Below are positions 13,626 to 28,068 of a DNA stretch of 64,000 nucleotides, one piece after another (within the stretch, counting starts at the first letter, position 1; the number at the start of each line of letters is the position of its first letter). The DNA is from Eledone cirrhosa (lineage: Eukaryota), in the NCBI GenBank assembly GCA_964016885.1, contig OZ024757.1, positions 20,274,001 through 20,338,000 of the forward strand. Reading direction: 5' to 3'. A program made the translations under genes and the position numbers. The notes under the pieces are model-generated. The model saw nothing but the letters and a program-made list of their open reading frames with translations, searched no databases and was not told the origin of the DNA.

Positions 13626-14247
13626 CTGAAAAGCAAAGAAAAAGCATTACAAGAAAATACCAAAATTACCTACACTACTCGATCACATTTGATGCAGGAC
13701 TGACTTCTGTGTCAATGGCAACACCTTTCCACGAACTGGCATGTGTCTATGTATATATATGATGGCTGCAACCCAATTTCGAATAATGTTGTCACTTAAT
13801 ACTTAAGCATGAGTATCACAGATGTGGCTTCTTAGTCCTGCTAGGGACTTGCCTATGGCCAGCAATACCATGCATCGCAAAAATATGTCACATATCAAGC
13901 AATGCCTGTGCTTGAAGCTTTTTTTTAAGTAAGGAAAGGCTTTGCACGGGGCCAATCCCACTCTCTGAACATTGAATTCATTTGCCCAAAAAGAAGAACT
14001 GGTCTACATCATTGGATGCAAACGATGTTGCAGAGTGACCTTCTCCTAGAGAGATGATTTAATGAAGACTAGGAGTCTCTCACTCCTCTTCCCTCATGAA
14101 AAAATACTTTATTCGATGGCCGTTGACTCTCCTGAGTTCCTTCGCTCCTTGACGGGTTTAGTTTTTCATCCTGCAGGACATCTAAAATCTCCTTCCTCAA
14201 CAAGCAAGGTTGGTGGGGTTGCCGGTTTAGTCGCCAATGACCCGACC

Positions 14248-14286
<39 letters not shown>

Positions 14287-14290
<4 letters not shown>

Positions 14291-14700
14291 TTAGTGGTTC
14301 GAGCATTGGCCTTGCAATCGAAAGGTTGTGAGTTCAATTCTCAGACCGGCTGATGTGTTGTTTCCTTGAGCAAGACACTTTATTTCACATTGCTCCTGTT
14401 TACTCAGCTGTAGAAATGAGATGATAGGACTGGGGTCCCTATCATTCCGCTGCAAAGTGGACGTGGAGGTGCCATGGCAAAAAAGCACCCAGCACACACT
14501 GTAAAGTGTACGTGTAGGCACCACGAAAAAAAAGCACCCAGCACTCACTGTAAATGAGGTTGGTGTTAGGAAGGGCATCCAGCTGTAGAAATCAAACCAG
14601 AATCAGTTGCCGTATGAGCAAGACAAGGTCAGCCGACCGGACACTGCCCACAACATGCTAGCATGGCAGAACGGGCGTAAAATGATGATGATGATGATGG
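14287..14700 (+). mobile_element. tRNA-derived SINE family A (CORE-like centre, RTE-type tail ending in (GAT)n)
   Basis: A/B-box head tggcttagtggtt...gagttcaattct; ccttgagcaagacacttta core; further copies near 17653-17997(-), 24250-24596(-), 26860-27302(+), 31503-31828(-), 42133-42486(-), 53905-54365(-), 60275-60608(-). Confidence 0.85.
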
Positions 14701-16408
14701 ACATGGGATGCATATAAAGGATGACAGCTGTATAAAAAGGTGGAGAGCACTCAAAGTTGATGGAAGCTATGGAGTGGGCAGACCAAGGAAGGCCTGGGGT
14801 GAGGTGATAAAAACTAACCTTGCACAATTGCACCTCTGAAAGGCAATGACACAAGACAGTGATCTCTGGCACCATGCAATAATACAGAAGACCCACCCTC
14901 CCACATGAGGCATACATCTAGTATGCACCACCTTCCCTCCCATGATGTAATCACCCTACACCTATATCTACCTCCAATTCCCCATGCATCTCCCCACCAA
15001 AGTCCCCAAATCCACAACATAATGTGGTCATCCTGGAGCCACAACAGAAAGTACCCAGCCCACACTGTAAAGTGGTCGTGTAGGTGTGTGTGACAACAAA
15101 AATCACCAGCGGTCAGTGTAAAAAGCGCCCAGCCCACACTCTAAAGCGATCGTGTAGGTGTCATGACAAAAAGCACCTAGTACACACTGTAAATGTGGTT
15201 GGCATTAGGGAGGGCTTTCAGCCATAGAAACCAAGCCAAAATCCGTTCTGTGTGAGCAAAACACGGCCCTCTGACCTGGTTGTCTCACAATGGGAGAGCA
15301 CCAACTACCTATGCTAGCAGGGAAAAAGGACATAAAACGATGATGATGCACACACAGACATTCATATATCATCATCATCGTTTAACATCTATCTTAAACA
15401 ATGATGATGATGATGATGATGATGATGATATATGAATGTCTCTGTGTGTGCATCATCATCATTTTATGTCCATTTTTCCTGCTAGCATGGGTAGGTGGTG
15501 CTGTCCCGTAGGTGGTGCTGTCCTTCTTTCTCTGTGTTTCAAAGTTGACAAAGAGGGCTACACCAACACTGGGTTGGTGTAGCACCTACACTGTTAAGTG
15601 TTAAGAGTCGAAATTACTAGGGAATGGGACAAAAAAGATGAAAATGATAGCAATAGTGACTCCTTAGCGTTAAAGGAATTTAGTATTTCACCAAATGTAA
15701 CTATCTGCGTTGTTAGGAACTATGAACATTCTGCAGAATGTGTTTTCAATCTAAGGTCACTTGACTTGATTGGGATATTGAATATCCTAAGAACTGAGCA
15801 AACCTATAAGTAACAGTAGCAGTAAACCTTGCAAAGACATTTACTATTTTTTATGCCCCTATGGCCTCATTTGTATGACAATTGATTGTAAAATGTGTGT
15901 GTTACCAAAATTTACCTCAGCTATAAAAAAAAATAATAATAATAACTGTTTCTACTTTAGGCACAAGGCCAGCAATTATCCAGTGCATTACTGGTACTTT
16001 ATTTTATCGACCACGTAAGGATGAAAGGCAAAGTCAACCTCGGCGGGATTTGAACTCAGATCGTAAAGGGACGTAACTATGCTGGAAAGCATGGCGTCAG
16101 ACCCTCTACCGATACTGCCAATCCACCGCCATGAGCTAATAATAATCATCATCATCAACGTTTAACATCCGTGTTCCACGCTTGCATGGGTTTGGACAGG
16201 GGTTTTCCCACTTGAGGCAAGAGTGATTATCTTGCTCGCATAGGACTATCTGGCAGGTTTTCTACAGTTGGATGCCCTTCCTAACACCAACCACATTTAC
16301 AGTGTGGGGCTGGGAGGTTTTTACCGTGTTGCCTACACGGCCACATTACAGCGTGGAGTGTGTGTTTTTTGTCGTGACACCTACACGATCTCATTTGTTT
16401 CGGCCTGG

Positions 16409-16442
<34 letters not shown>

Positions 16443-16938
16443 ACATGTACAGTGTGTATAATTACTTTAATATGTAAAATTGGGGGTTTGGTGTGTATTG
16501 TAATTTTTTGTGTATGAGGGGCTGCCCAAAGTCTAAATCTAGCCCTGACTGTGGAACTGTATCTAGTGTGAACTTAAGCTTCATTTACATTCACATACTG
16601 TCTCAGTTTAACTGGGTTTGTTTATTTGACTGTGGGGCACCACATTCCATGTATATTTAAGCTTCTTTCACACACACTCTCCCTTTTTCTCTCTCTATCT
16701 CTATTTCTCTTTTACTTTTACTGGGTTAAGTTATTGAACTGTGTTCACGCAGAGGCACCACATTCAATGTTATCAATCATTACAAGGGTCTAAGGGATAG
16801 AGTAAAAAAATTAGGAAGGGTATCCAGCCATAGAAACCATGCCAACAATACAATGTATGAGTGAGCTGCAAACATCTTAAATTTCTGGCCTCAGAGCATA
16901 ACCTGGCTAACTTATGCAAGCACAGAAAATAGACATAA

Positions 16939-16941
16939 ACA

Positions 16942-16989
<48 letters not shown>

Positions 16990-17350
16990 GTAATGACAAT
17001 AATGGTGATGGTGGTAATGATTATGGTGATGGTGGTAATGATTATGGTGATGACAATAATGATGATGATGATGATGGTGATGGTAATGATGGTGATGACA
17101 ATAATGGTGATGGTGGTAATGATTATGGTGATGACAATAATGATGATGATGATGATGATGGTGATGACAATAATGGTGATGGTGGTAATGATTATGGTGA
17201 TGACAATAATGATGATGATGATGATGGTAATGATGGTGATGACAATAATGGTGATGGTGGTAATGATTATGGTGATGATGATGATGATGATGATGATAAT
17301 GAATGAGGATGAAGAAGACGACAAATAATGATGGTGATAATGGTGATGAT
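16939..17350. repeat. Compound (GAT/GGT/AAT)n trinucleotide minisatellite
   Basis: Low-complexity repeat; explains the poly-D/M/I ORFs. Confidence 0.95.
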
Positions 17351-19200
17351 TTTAAACAGCACTATTTTACAACATGAAAACAACAACAACAACAACAACA
17401 ATTTAAACCAGACTGAAATGCATTAAATGAAGCCAAATTAGTTATAATATATTTTCAGAAATGTTGCCAACAATTATTTAAAAAATTATACACACCTTAC
17501 ATTTCACTTAGTATAATTGATTTTTTTTTACAAATGGAACTCACTAGAGTTGTAGGAAATATTCAATCTATCAATCTGTTCTTGTTTTGAAACATCCTAA
17601 ATTTCTGTATTTTATATATATATACAATAAAGCCTGCATGCTCTGATCGATGTCATCATCATCATCATCATCATTTTATGTCCGCTTTTCCCTGCTTGCA
17701 AGGGTGGGATGGGAACTGATTCTGGCTTGATTTCTACAGCTGGATGCCCTTCCTAACACCAACCTCATTTACAGTGAGTGCTGGGTGCTTTTTTGCCATG
17801 GCACCTCCACGACCACTTTGCAGTGGAATGATAGGGACACTAGTCCCTATCATCTCATTTCTACAGCTGAGTAAACTGGAGCAATGTGAAATAAAGTGTC
17901 TTGCTCAAGGAAACAACACATCACCCGGTCTGAGAATTGAACTCACAACCTTTCGATTGCAAGGCCAATGCTCTAACCACTAAGCCATGTGCCTCCATGT
18001 GTAATAGTAATATACAAGAACAGCAAAGCATAAATGAATTGAGAGAGAAATTGGGCAAGAGAAGAGATTGCGTTGGTATGGCCATGTGATGGATATGAAG
18101 GTGCAGGGCAATTATAGAGGATGGAAGCTATGGAGTAGGAAGACCTAAGAAGGCCTGGGATGAGGTGATAAAAGCTGATCTTTTATCTCAAAGGCAAATG
18201 ACACAGGATTATCATCATCATTTAACGTCCATTTTCCATGTTAGCATGGGTTAAAAAGGGTTGTTCTATTCAATGCAAGTCGGGGTCAGATGACCATATC
18301 TTGCTCATACAGAACTGATTTTGGCTTGGTTTCTAAGGCTGGATGTCCTTCCTAATGCCAACCACATTTACAGTGAGTACTAAGTGCTCATAACCATTGG
18401 TTTAGCAAGCTTTCTACAGCTGGATGCTCTTCCTATCACCAACCAATTTACAGCATATACTGGGTGTGTTCATCATGTAGATCACCACCACTAGGGAGGC
18501 TGACATGTCTTTCACATAACTATAGAATCCTCCCAACCCTTTGTTTGGCAACTTTTCTATGGTTGGACTCCCTTCCTATCACTAACCAATTTACAATACT
18601 TTTGGAATTTTTGTCCTTAAGATGAGATCAAAACTAGTTTTCTTAGAGCTCAGAGACCTTTCTAAAGATTCTTGCTGTACCCAGTTTAATTTTCATTATT
18701 TTTATTATTATTATTATTATTTTAAATAATGTTGGATGGTTAATATGAAGCATTGTGAGATATGTAATAAAAGACTGATAAGTTTCAGAAAGCCAGTAAA
18801 ATGTGGTAGAAATATATAAAGGGTAAAGTATGACAATAAAATAAAACAAAGTAATGTTTTACCCAGGATATTTCAACACAATATTTCTGGGTTATTAATC
18901 CCTTTTCAAATGCAAAAAGAAACAAAAAACAGAAAACAAATCTGGACCAGTTACAGAAGAACACATTGTTTACTTTTATTTGCAGCATTTTCTCCTTTTT
19001 ACATTTGAAAATAGGGTTTTAACACTGAAATATACTGGGTAAGATAAACAATACTTTGTTTTATTTGTCATCCTTTACTCTTTGTATATTTCTACCACAT
19101 TGTACTGGATTTCTGAAATACTTAGTCAATTATTATTTTAAATATTTTTCACTCCACTTTTAACAGATTATTGATCTTTAAAAGCAAAGAGTGTGTGTGT

Positions 19201-19231
<31 letters not shown>

Positions 19232-19549
19232 GGGGGGGGGGGTTGTGTCATTTGTAGCAAAGCAAAGCAAAGTGTTCCACAGAAACCAAATGCGATATCT
19301 GTCTACCAATATAAAAATAAAACTAGTTGTAGTGTAAGTGGCTGGGTGGGTAAATGAATGCCCCCCCCCCCCCACACACACACACACATGCCAAAGACCC
19401 ACAGGAGATAAAGGTTTCTTATAAAGAAAGCAGTCATAGTGAAAACATTTTGGCATATAGATAATATTACACTCAGGTTTCTACAGACTGGGGTTTCAGG
19501 TGAGAGCTTGTTTCTTCTGCATTCCCAAGTTTCCAGAATGACTCACCCA

Positions 19550-19866
19550 TACTCACACATACACTCACATACACACACAGTCACTCTCTCACATACACAC
19601 ACAGTCACTCTCTCACATACACACACAGTCACTCTCTCACACACACACACACAGCCACTCTCTCACATACACACACAGTCACTCTCTCACACACACACAG
19701 TCACTCTCTCACACACACACACAGTCACTCTCTCACATACACACACAGTCACTCTCTCACATACACACACAGTCACTCTCTCACATACACACACAGTCAC
19801 TCTCTCACATACACACACAGTCACTCTCTCTCACACACACACACACAGTCACTCTCTCACACACAG
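19550..19866. repeat. ~22-24-bp CA-rich minisatellite
   Basis: cacacacagtcactctctcacata repeated. Confidence 0.95.
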
Positions 19867-20329
19867 AACTTAAAACAGAATCAAAGAAATAAAGAAATAA
19901 GGAAAGGTGTGCAAAGCTGTCAGGTATAATTTTCCTAATTAACATTCTCAAGAATCTCAGATTTGCATTTAATTAGAGAAGAATAACAATTAGGGTTTCA
20001 TTTAGATTTTAACACATTTCAGCAATAAGATATTAACTAACGGAAGATGATATAACCCTAACCAACTCTCCTTAAAAAAAATAATTAAAAGAAAATGTTC
20101 ATTAATGAATATAATTTTTAATTTATGGGTAAAACCAACCAGCAGGAGACCCAGATGTAGACCTTGAGCAAGATGGTTAGATAACATCCAGACGGATCAA
20201 TTAGAGAGGGTTGCTTCTGACAGGACTTGCTGCAAGGTGAAAACCCTCTCAGGAATAAATGGGCAAAGGAGGATTGATCTCCAGTAATTGATTAGCTACT
20301 ATTTTGTATATATTATTATTAGTAGTAAT

Positions 20330-21010
20330 AGGGCGGTGGATTGGCAGTATCGGTAGAGGGTCGGACGCTATGCTTTGAAGCATAGAGTTACGTCCCTTTA
20401 CGATCTGAGTTCAAATCCCGCCGAGGTTATGTGCTGGCTTTGTGCCTAAAGTAGAAACAATTATTATTATTATTGTTGGCAGTGGATTGGCAGTATCAGT
20501 AGAGGGTCGGACGCCATGCTTTGAAGCATAGAGTTACGTCCCTTTACGATCTGAGTTCAAATCCCGCCGAGGTTATGTGCTGGCCTTGTGCCTAAAGTAG
20601 AAATAATTATTATTATTAGTAGTAGTATCAGCAGAGTGTCGGATAACATACATTGTGGCCCGAGTTCAAATCCCACTGAGGTTAGCTTTGTCTTTCATCC
20701 TCACGGCGATGACAAAATAAAGCACCAGTAATGTACTGGGGTCAATTTTATTGACTTTACTCTTAAAATTGCTGGCCCTGTGCCTAGAGTAGAAACAATT
20801 ATTATTATTATTGTTGGCAGTGGATTGGCAGTATCAGTAAAGGGTCGGACGCCATGCTTTCCAGCATAGAGTTACGTCCCTTTACGATCTGAGTTCAAAT
20901 CCCGCCGAGGTTGACTTTGCCTTTCATCCTTACTGGGTCGATAAAATAAAGTACCAGTAATGCACTGGGTAATTGCTGGCCTTGTGCCTAGCGTAGAGAC
21001 AATTATTGTT
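20330..21010 (+). mobile_element. Cluster of tRNA-derived SINE family B copies (Nin/Deu-like central domain, (ATT)n tail)
   Basis: ggcggtggattggcagtatcggtag...gagttcaaatccc...gcctttcatcctt...gtcgataaaataaagtaccag; other copies near 10060, 15940, 22790, 24745, 29135, 46460-46850, 53255, 58800. Confidence 0.8.
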
Positions 21011-21297
21011 GGCAGTATCGTTAGAATGTCAGACATGTTACCTAATACCAACTCATACTCTATTGGGAGTGCTGTAGTAATTCCACTACCACTATTATCA
21101 TCATCCTTATTATTATATCTGTGACTGCATAAACACCCTTAATAAACTATTGCTTCATACTAGTAGTGTTACTATTACTATAATCTTCATCATCATCATC
21201 ATTATCATCAGGTTTAGCGTCCGTGTTCCACGCTTGCATGGGTTTGGACGGGGGGTTTTCCCACTTGAGGCAAGAGTGGTTGTCTTGCTCGCATAGG

Positions 21298-21848
21298 ACT
21301 GTCTGGCGGGTTTTCTACAGCTGGATGCCCTTCCTAACACCAACCACATTTACAGTGTGGGGCTGGGAGGTTTTTACCGTGTTACCTACACGGCCACATT
21401 ACAGCGTGGACTGTCTGGCGGGTTTTCTACAGCTGGATGCCCTTCCTAACACCAACCACATTTACAGTGTGGGGCTGGGAGGTTTTTACCGTGTTGCCTA
21501 CACGGCCACATTACAGCGTGGACTGTCTGGCGGGTTTTCTACAGCTGGATGCCCTTCCTAACACCAACCACATTTACAGTGTGGGGCTGGGAGGTTTTTA
21601 CCGTGTTGCCTACACGGCCACATTACAGCGTGGACTGTCTGGCGGGTTTTCTACAGCTGGATGCCCTTCCTAACACCAACCACATTTACAGTGTGGGGCT
21701 GGGAGGTTTTTACCGTGTTGCCTACACGGCCACATTACAGCATGGACTGTCTGGCGGGTTTTCTACAGCTGGATGCCCTTCCTAACACCAACCACATTTA
21801 CAGTGTGGGGCTGGGAGGTTTTTACTGTGTTGCCTACACGGCCACACG
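21298..21848. repeat. 112-bp tandem array (~5 copies) inside an RTE 3'-UTR-derived element
   Basis: Near-identical ORFs at 21437, 21549, 21661, 21773. Confidence 0.93.
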
Positions 21849-24800
21849 GTTTTTACCGTGTTGCCTACATGCCTTCATCTTTATTAGTGTTTGCTTACCA
21901 CTGCATGAGTACCTTTAATGATAGCATGCTACCTAATACCAAGTCATACTCCATAGCCAGTGATAGTTGTAACAGTGTTACTATTACTATAATCATCTTC
22001 CTCATTATATTATCAACGCTGGCCAAAAGATGTTTTCATTTGCATATCTTATCTTTGTTTAGTCTTCTTAAGTTTCACCGCTGTCAAATATATTCTTGCA
22101 ATTGTTGAATACAACACTTCTTCTTGAGTTCTTCCTCCATTGAAGGTGAAAGCATTCATTTTGCTTTTCTAATGGCTAGAATAAATGTGGCTTGCCACAT
22201 ATATTCTCATAGATGTCTCTACTAACTGGAGCAGTTATGCCAACTCATTGTCAAATTAATAGTTGATCCTCTGTAAAGCCAATGGTGATGATGATGGCGA
22301 GGTCATCTAATTAAATCGATGATCACTGCATGAGCTACTGTTTACTATGATACAAGCAGGATTTTTATCAAGACTTACTCCTCAAAGATCCAACCTCTTC
22401 TGCTAAACTATCCTATGGTAGTCATATGAGAGGCAACTTGTGAGAATTGGATTAGCAACTGTGAGGTTGCGAGATTGATTCCAGGACTAGGCGATGCATT
22501 ATGTCCTTAAGCAAGGCACTCTATTTCACATTGCTCTTTCTGTTAGGAGCTGCAACTGGTAGATAGCATCAGGCGATGCGTTATGTCTTTCAACTAACAC
22601 TTTATTTCATGCTGCTCTTTCTGCCAAGAGTTCTGACCAATAGATAGTATAAGCAATTAGAAAGATCACTGGAAACATTGTCTCCTTCGTGCGATCAGAT
22701 GATTTCCACCCCACTCGGTAAGTGAATGGGGTCTGGGATTTTGTTGAACATTTCTTTCTTTTCCTTTCCTAACCCTACCTTAGTTTAGTATACAGAGTTC
22801 AAGTTCAAATCTCCCCAAGGTCAACTTTGCCTTTCATCACTCCGGGTCGATAAAATAAAGTACCAGTAAAATACTATGGGTGATGTAATCAACTTTTACC
22901 TTCCCAACTGCCGGCCTTGTGACTAAATTAGATATCATTATGGATTGGCAGAATTGGTAGAGTGTTGGACAAAATGCTTTGCAGCATATAGTTACATCCC
23001 TTTTCAATCTGAGTTCAAATCCCACTGAGGTTAGCTTTGCCTTTCACCCTTACAAGGTCTATAAAATAAAGTACCAGTAACGTACTGATGGCGATTTAGT
23101 CGACTTTCCCCTCCCCCAAAATTGTGGGCCTTGTTGTGCCTAAACCAGAAGCCATCACACAAAGAACATATAACAGATATCTCAACATATTTTGCTTTGC
23201 TTGAAATTTCTATTTTGTTATTATCATTCCCGTGAAGCCATATTTGATATTTTAATCCTTTTCTAACCATATTTCTACCATGAAATACACACTGCACATG
23301 TGTTTTAATTATTTTTAAATCCAAAACCATGTGATTGCAAAGGAAAGTTCTTAATACCTGCATCCATTTACAGCTATACCTCATTATTGAAATATCACTG
23401 GACCGAGATCTTTGGCGCTACGCAGTAATACAGAAGACCCGCCTTGCCTATGTACAAAGCGAAACCTACAGTCAGTAGGCACCTCTTAACCAAAAATACA
23501 CCCCCACCCGCATCTACACCACCCCTTTCGCTGTAAAGTTATGTTGCTACCACAACATCCAGTCCTAAATAAATGAGGTCGTGTAGGTGTCACAACAAAA
23601 AAACACACAGTCCACGCTGTAATGTGTCCGTGTAGGTAACATGGTAAAAACCTCCCAGTCCACACTGTAAACGTGGTTGGTGTTAGGAAGGGCATTCAGC
23701 CGTAGAAAACCCGCCAGACAGTCCCATACGAGCGAGACGACCAATCTTGCCTCAAGTGGGACAATTCCCGACTAAACCCATGCTAGTGTGGAAGATAGAC
23801 GTTAAACGATGCTGATGATGATGATGTAGGGCTTGGATCTCCATCACTTCCACACTTGTTAGTCATGTAGTCATGCCTCGTATAAGTACACACACAAAAC
23901 TTCATTACTACCACAATAATATGGGAGAATGTTCTCCAACATGCAGAACTCCAGGTGAATGCCATCTTATGGAAAAAGCAGTGATAGGAAAGGCATCCAA
24001 CCATAGAATGCCTGCCAAACAAAAGGTTGAGAGGGACCCGTCATTTGTGTCAAAGATATGAAAACTTCCCCTGTGCACTCAATAAAATGTAAGACCGTAC
24101 ATAAATGAAACGCACCCCCACCTCCGCCTATTTGGGTAGTCGGTAGTCCCACTTCAGTACTGATTTGGTCTATGTAGATCCATTCAACCCTATCCAGTAA
24201 AGAAAAATATTAAATGACGATGATGATGAACGATGATATGCTGATGACATCATTTCATTTCATTTTATTTCATTTTACATTGCTTTTTCCTTGCTTGCAA
24301 GGGTGGGACAAGAACTGATTCTGTCTTGATTTCTACAGCTGGATGCCCTTCCTAACACCAACCTCATTTTCAGTGAGTGCTGGGTGCTTTTTTGCCGTGG
24401 CACCTCCACGAGCACTTTACAGTGGAATGATAGGGACCCCAGTCCCTATCATCTCATTTCTACAGCTGAGTAAACTGGAGCAATGTGAAATAGAGTGTCT
24501 TGCTCAAGGAAACAACACATCACCCGTTCTGAGAACTGAACTCACAACCTCTCGATTGCAAGGCCAATGCTCTAACCACTAAGCCATGTGCCTCCATTCT
24601 AGATTAAAAAATGGTAGCATAAGAATGACAGAAGATATCCTGCTCTGAATTAGTTTTTTCAATCCTTCTTTTGATGAAGGGATTTTATACCAAAATATTA
24701 AGGACTGTTAAACAACTACATCTTTGGTATCATTATTAGCAATCAAGGGTGGTGGATTAGCAGTATCAGTAGTGGGTCGGCCGCCATGCTTTGCAGTATA

Positions 24801-25424
24801 GAGTTACGTCCCTTCATCCCGCCGAGGTTAACTTTGCCTTTCATCCTTAAAGGGTCGATAAAATAAAGTACCAATAATGCACTGGGATAATTGCTGGCCT
24901 TGTTCCAAAAGTAGAAACAATTATTAGCAGCCAATGGCAACTCCTTTTTCCGTCTTTAAGGGTCTTCACCCTACTTCATAAGCTCTTTTATAACATCTTC
25001 GCATACGAGTACATCTTTCATTATATTGACAAAAAAAACAGAGGGTGTAACAAAAAATAACAATGAAAATCCCCCCCCCCCCTATTGGGGAATTTTTCAT
25101 TGTTATTTTTTGTTACACCCTCTGTTTTTTTTGTTTTTTTTACACGCAGAAATGCCCATTTGTACCGTCCTGTATTGTTCTGCACTGTCCTTAATGTCTA
25201 CTTTATGTAAACCCTTGTGGTTAATAAAGAAATCATTATATTGAATTTAATGTCCGATTTGTTTTGCTATAACCTTCTAATAAAGCACAGTATTTTCTAA
25301 TAGTATAAATCCGGCACGTCAAACATGTGGCCCACACAGAGGTTTTTACAGTGCCACCATGTTTTATCTTTGTAATGTAAAAGAGAAAGAAATTAGTTGT
25401 AATGTGTGCAATTAATTGTCGGGT

Positions 25425-26040
25425 GTGGCCCTCAGACAACACATATGTGACCCATGTGGACCTCAGACAACACGTGACCCATGTGACCTTCAGACAACGC
25501 GTGACCCATGTGGCACCCAGACAACACATCTGCGACCCATGTGGCCCTCAGACAACACATCTGTGACTCATGTGGCTCTCAGACAACACATGTGACCCAT
25601 GTGGCACCCCAGACAACACATATGTGACCCATGTGGCCTTCAGACAACACATCTGCGACCCATGTGGCCCTCAGACAACACACATGTGACCCTCAGACAA
25701 CACATCTGTGACCCATGTGGCCCTCAGACAACACACCTGTGACCCATGTGGCCTTCACACAACACACCTGTGACCCTCACACAACACACCTATGACCCAT
25801 GTGGCCCTCAGACAACACATCTGTGAGTCATGTGGCCCTCAGACAACACACCTGTGACCCATGTGGCCTTCACACAACACACCTGTGACCCATGTGGCCC
25901 TCAGACAACATCTGTGACTCATGTGGCCCTTAGACAACACATCTGTGACCCATATTGGCCTCCAGACAACACATCTGTGACCCATATGGCCTCCAGACAA
26001 CACATCTATGACCCATGTGGCCCTCAGACGACACATGGGG
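25425..26040. repeat. ~29-31-bp minisatellite
   Basis: gacccatgtggccctcagacaacacatctgt repeated, ending ~60 bp from the 26099 exon donor. Confidence 0.92.
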
Positions 26041-26098
26041 GACCCTCAGTTTGATGCCTTGTTATAAATGATGGAGAGAAAAAAATAGTGGAACTTAC

Positions 26099-26255
26099 CA
26101 AGACTTCCATGATCAGATGATGCCAAACTAAGACTGCGATCAAGAGAATCATTGCTCACTTGGTGATGTAGGGAAGAAGTCGACATATTCAGGTTTTTGG
26201 TGGTGACCATTCGAGTTAACCGGTCATTGTCTGCTTTCAAAGCACTCATCTCATT
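26099..26255 (-). CDS. NAV2: Neuron navigator exon (NEMSALKADNDRLTRMV...SSDHGSL)
   Basis: cttcag|AAT...CTTG|gtaagt; 157 nt, phase 0-1; LKAxNDRL motif. Confidence 0.92.
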
Positions 26256-28068
26256 CTGAAGATCGATACAAAAACCAATATCAATAATAAAGAATGTATT
26301 GGGAAAGCTGGTACAATGTCATTAGGATATATAATAGTAAAAGTAGAGAGAAGAGAAAAATAAAAACGACAAAATGAAACAAAACAAAATAGGTTTTACT
26401 CTATTTTTTTTATATACTGGTATATATTCGAATGTAAGTCAACACTTCCTATTTTATGTCTGAGAAAATCCCAACCCCATTTATAAGCCAAGGCAGCTAA
26501 TCAACACATTGTTTAATGGCACATATAAATCGAACCCCACTCTATTTTACCATCAATTTTTGGTCACATATTCCTCAGCTTATATTTGAGTGTGTATATA
26601 TATATTAGAAAGCGAGGTTTCTTTTACAAAATGAAAAAAAAAAAAAAAAAACCAGTGAAAGTTTTTTTTAAATATATTTATTTGGGCCCTTTACCGGTTT
26701 CGCAGTTCTTGTGCATTTCACACAAACCCTCCATCTCAATTCTACTTTTGAAAAGCACAAGAACTGCGAAACTGGTAAAGGAACCAAATAAATATATTTA
26801 AATAAAAAAAAGACTCCAGTTGCATTTTCGATTTCATCTTTTTTCCTTATATATATATATGGAGGCTCATGGCTTAGTGGTTAGAGCATTGGCCTTGCAA
26901 TCGAAAGGTTGTGAGTTCAATTCTCAGACCGGGTGATGTGTTGTTACTTTGTGCAAGACACTTTATTTCACATTGCTCCAGTTTACTCAGCTGTAGAAAT
27001 GAAATGATAGGACTGGGGTCCCTATCATTCCACTGCAAAGTAGTCCTGGAGGTGCCACGGCAAAAAAGCACCCAGCCCACACTGTAAAGTGGTCGTGGAA
27101 GTGCCACGGCAAAAAAGCACCCAGCACACACTGTAAATGAAGTTGGTGTTAGGAAGGGCATCCAGCTGTAGAAATTAAGCCAGAATCAGTTCCCGTATGA
27201 GCAAGACAAGGTCAGCCGACCGGACACTGCCCACAACAGGACAACCCGTCTAACCCATGCTAGCCTGGAAGAACGGACGTAAAACGGTCATGATGATGAT
27301 GAACTAACCCCCCCACAGATAAACTTATAAACTTGTTTAAAACAACCCTTATACAGGCTTGTGCCTAATATGCCCTTGAACCTTACGTGCAGCTCCATGA
27401 TTTGACTCCTTTCACTATTTTGATTTTGTCTTATGGTAGTCATTATTATTGTTATTCTTTGTTCTGAATATTTCCTGAAGAGCTACGGTTGAGATAAAGC
27501 ACCCATAATGGAGATAATTGTTAACTAATAATCTCTAGTTGCTCTGAAAATGGATATGATATTCTAGCCACGGTAAAACGTTTGTAGAGATGTATGAATA
27601 AATAATAACTTCTTATCCTTGACTTTCTTACAATTTTGAATTTTTTAAATGTTCTGCTACCTGAACTGGCCTTAATAGCAAGATATCATAATCATCCAGT
27701 TTTTACACCAGAAGGACAGAGGATGGTAAAGTGCATTGAGCTTATCTCATCTTACCAAAGAAAATAGTGCAGTACTACACTATAACCTCATATATATATA
27801 TAGGGTAAAAACTGACTCTGTGCCTCAATATGCTTGAGGGTGGTGGAATGGCATACTTGGTAGACCATCAAATAAAATGTCATTGCAATATTTCAAATCT
27901 TGCTGAGGTCCACTTAGTCTTTCATCCAGTGTTAATAATAAAATAAAGTACCAAAATAGTACGGGGGGGGGGGGGGGGGGGGGGGGGTGTATTTAATCAA
28001 GTTTGCCCCTCCCCAAAATTTGCTGGCCAGCAGACTAAACAACAACAGCAACAGCAAATGCTACATAC

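Noticed and set aside
16914-17328. Asp/Gly/Asn-rich ORF resembling a biomineralisation protein
   Set aside because: Trinucleotide repeat expansion of a (GAT)n retroelement tail, antisense within an intron.
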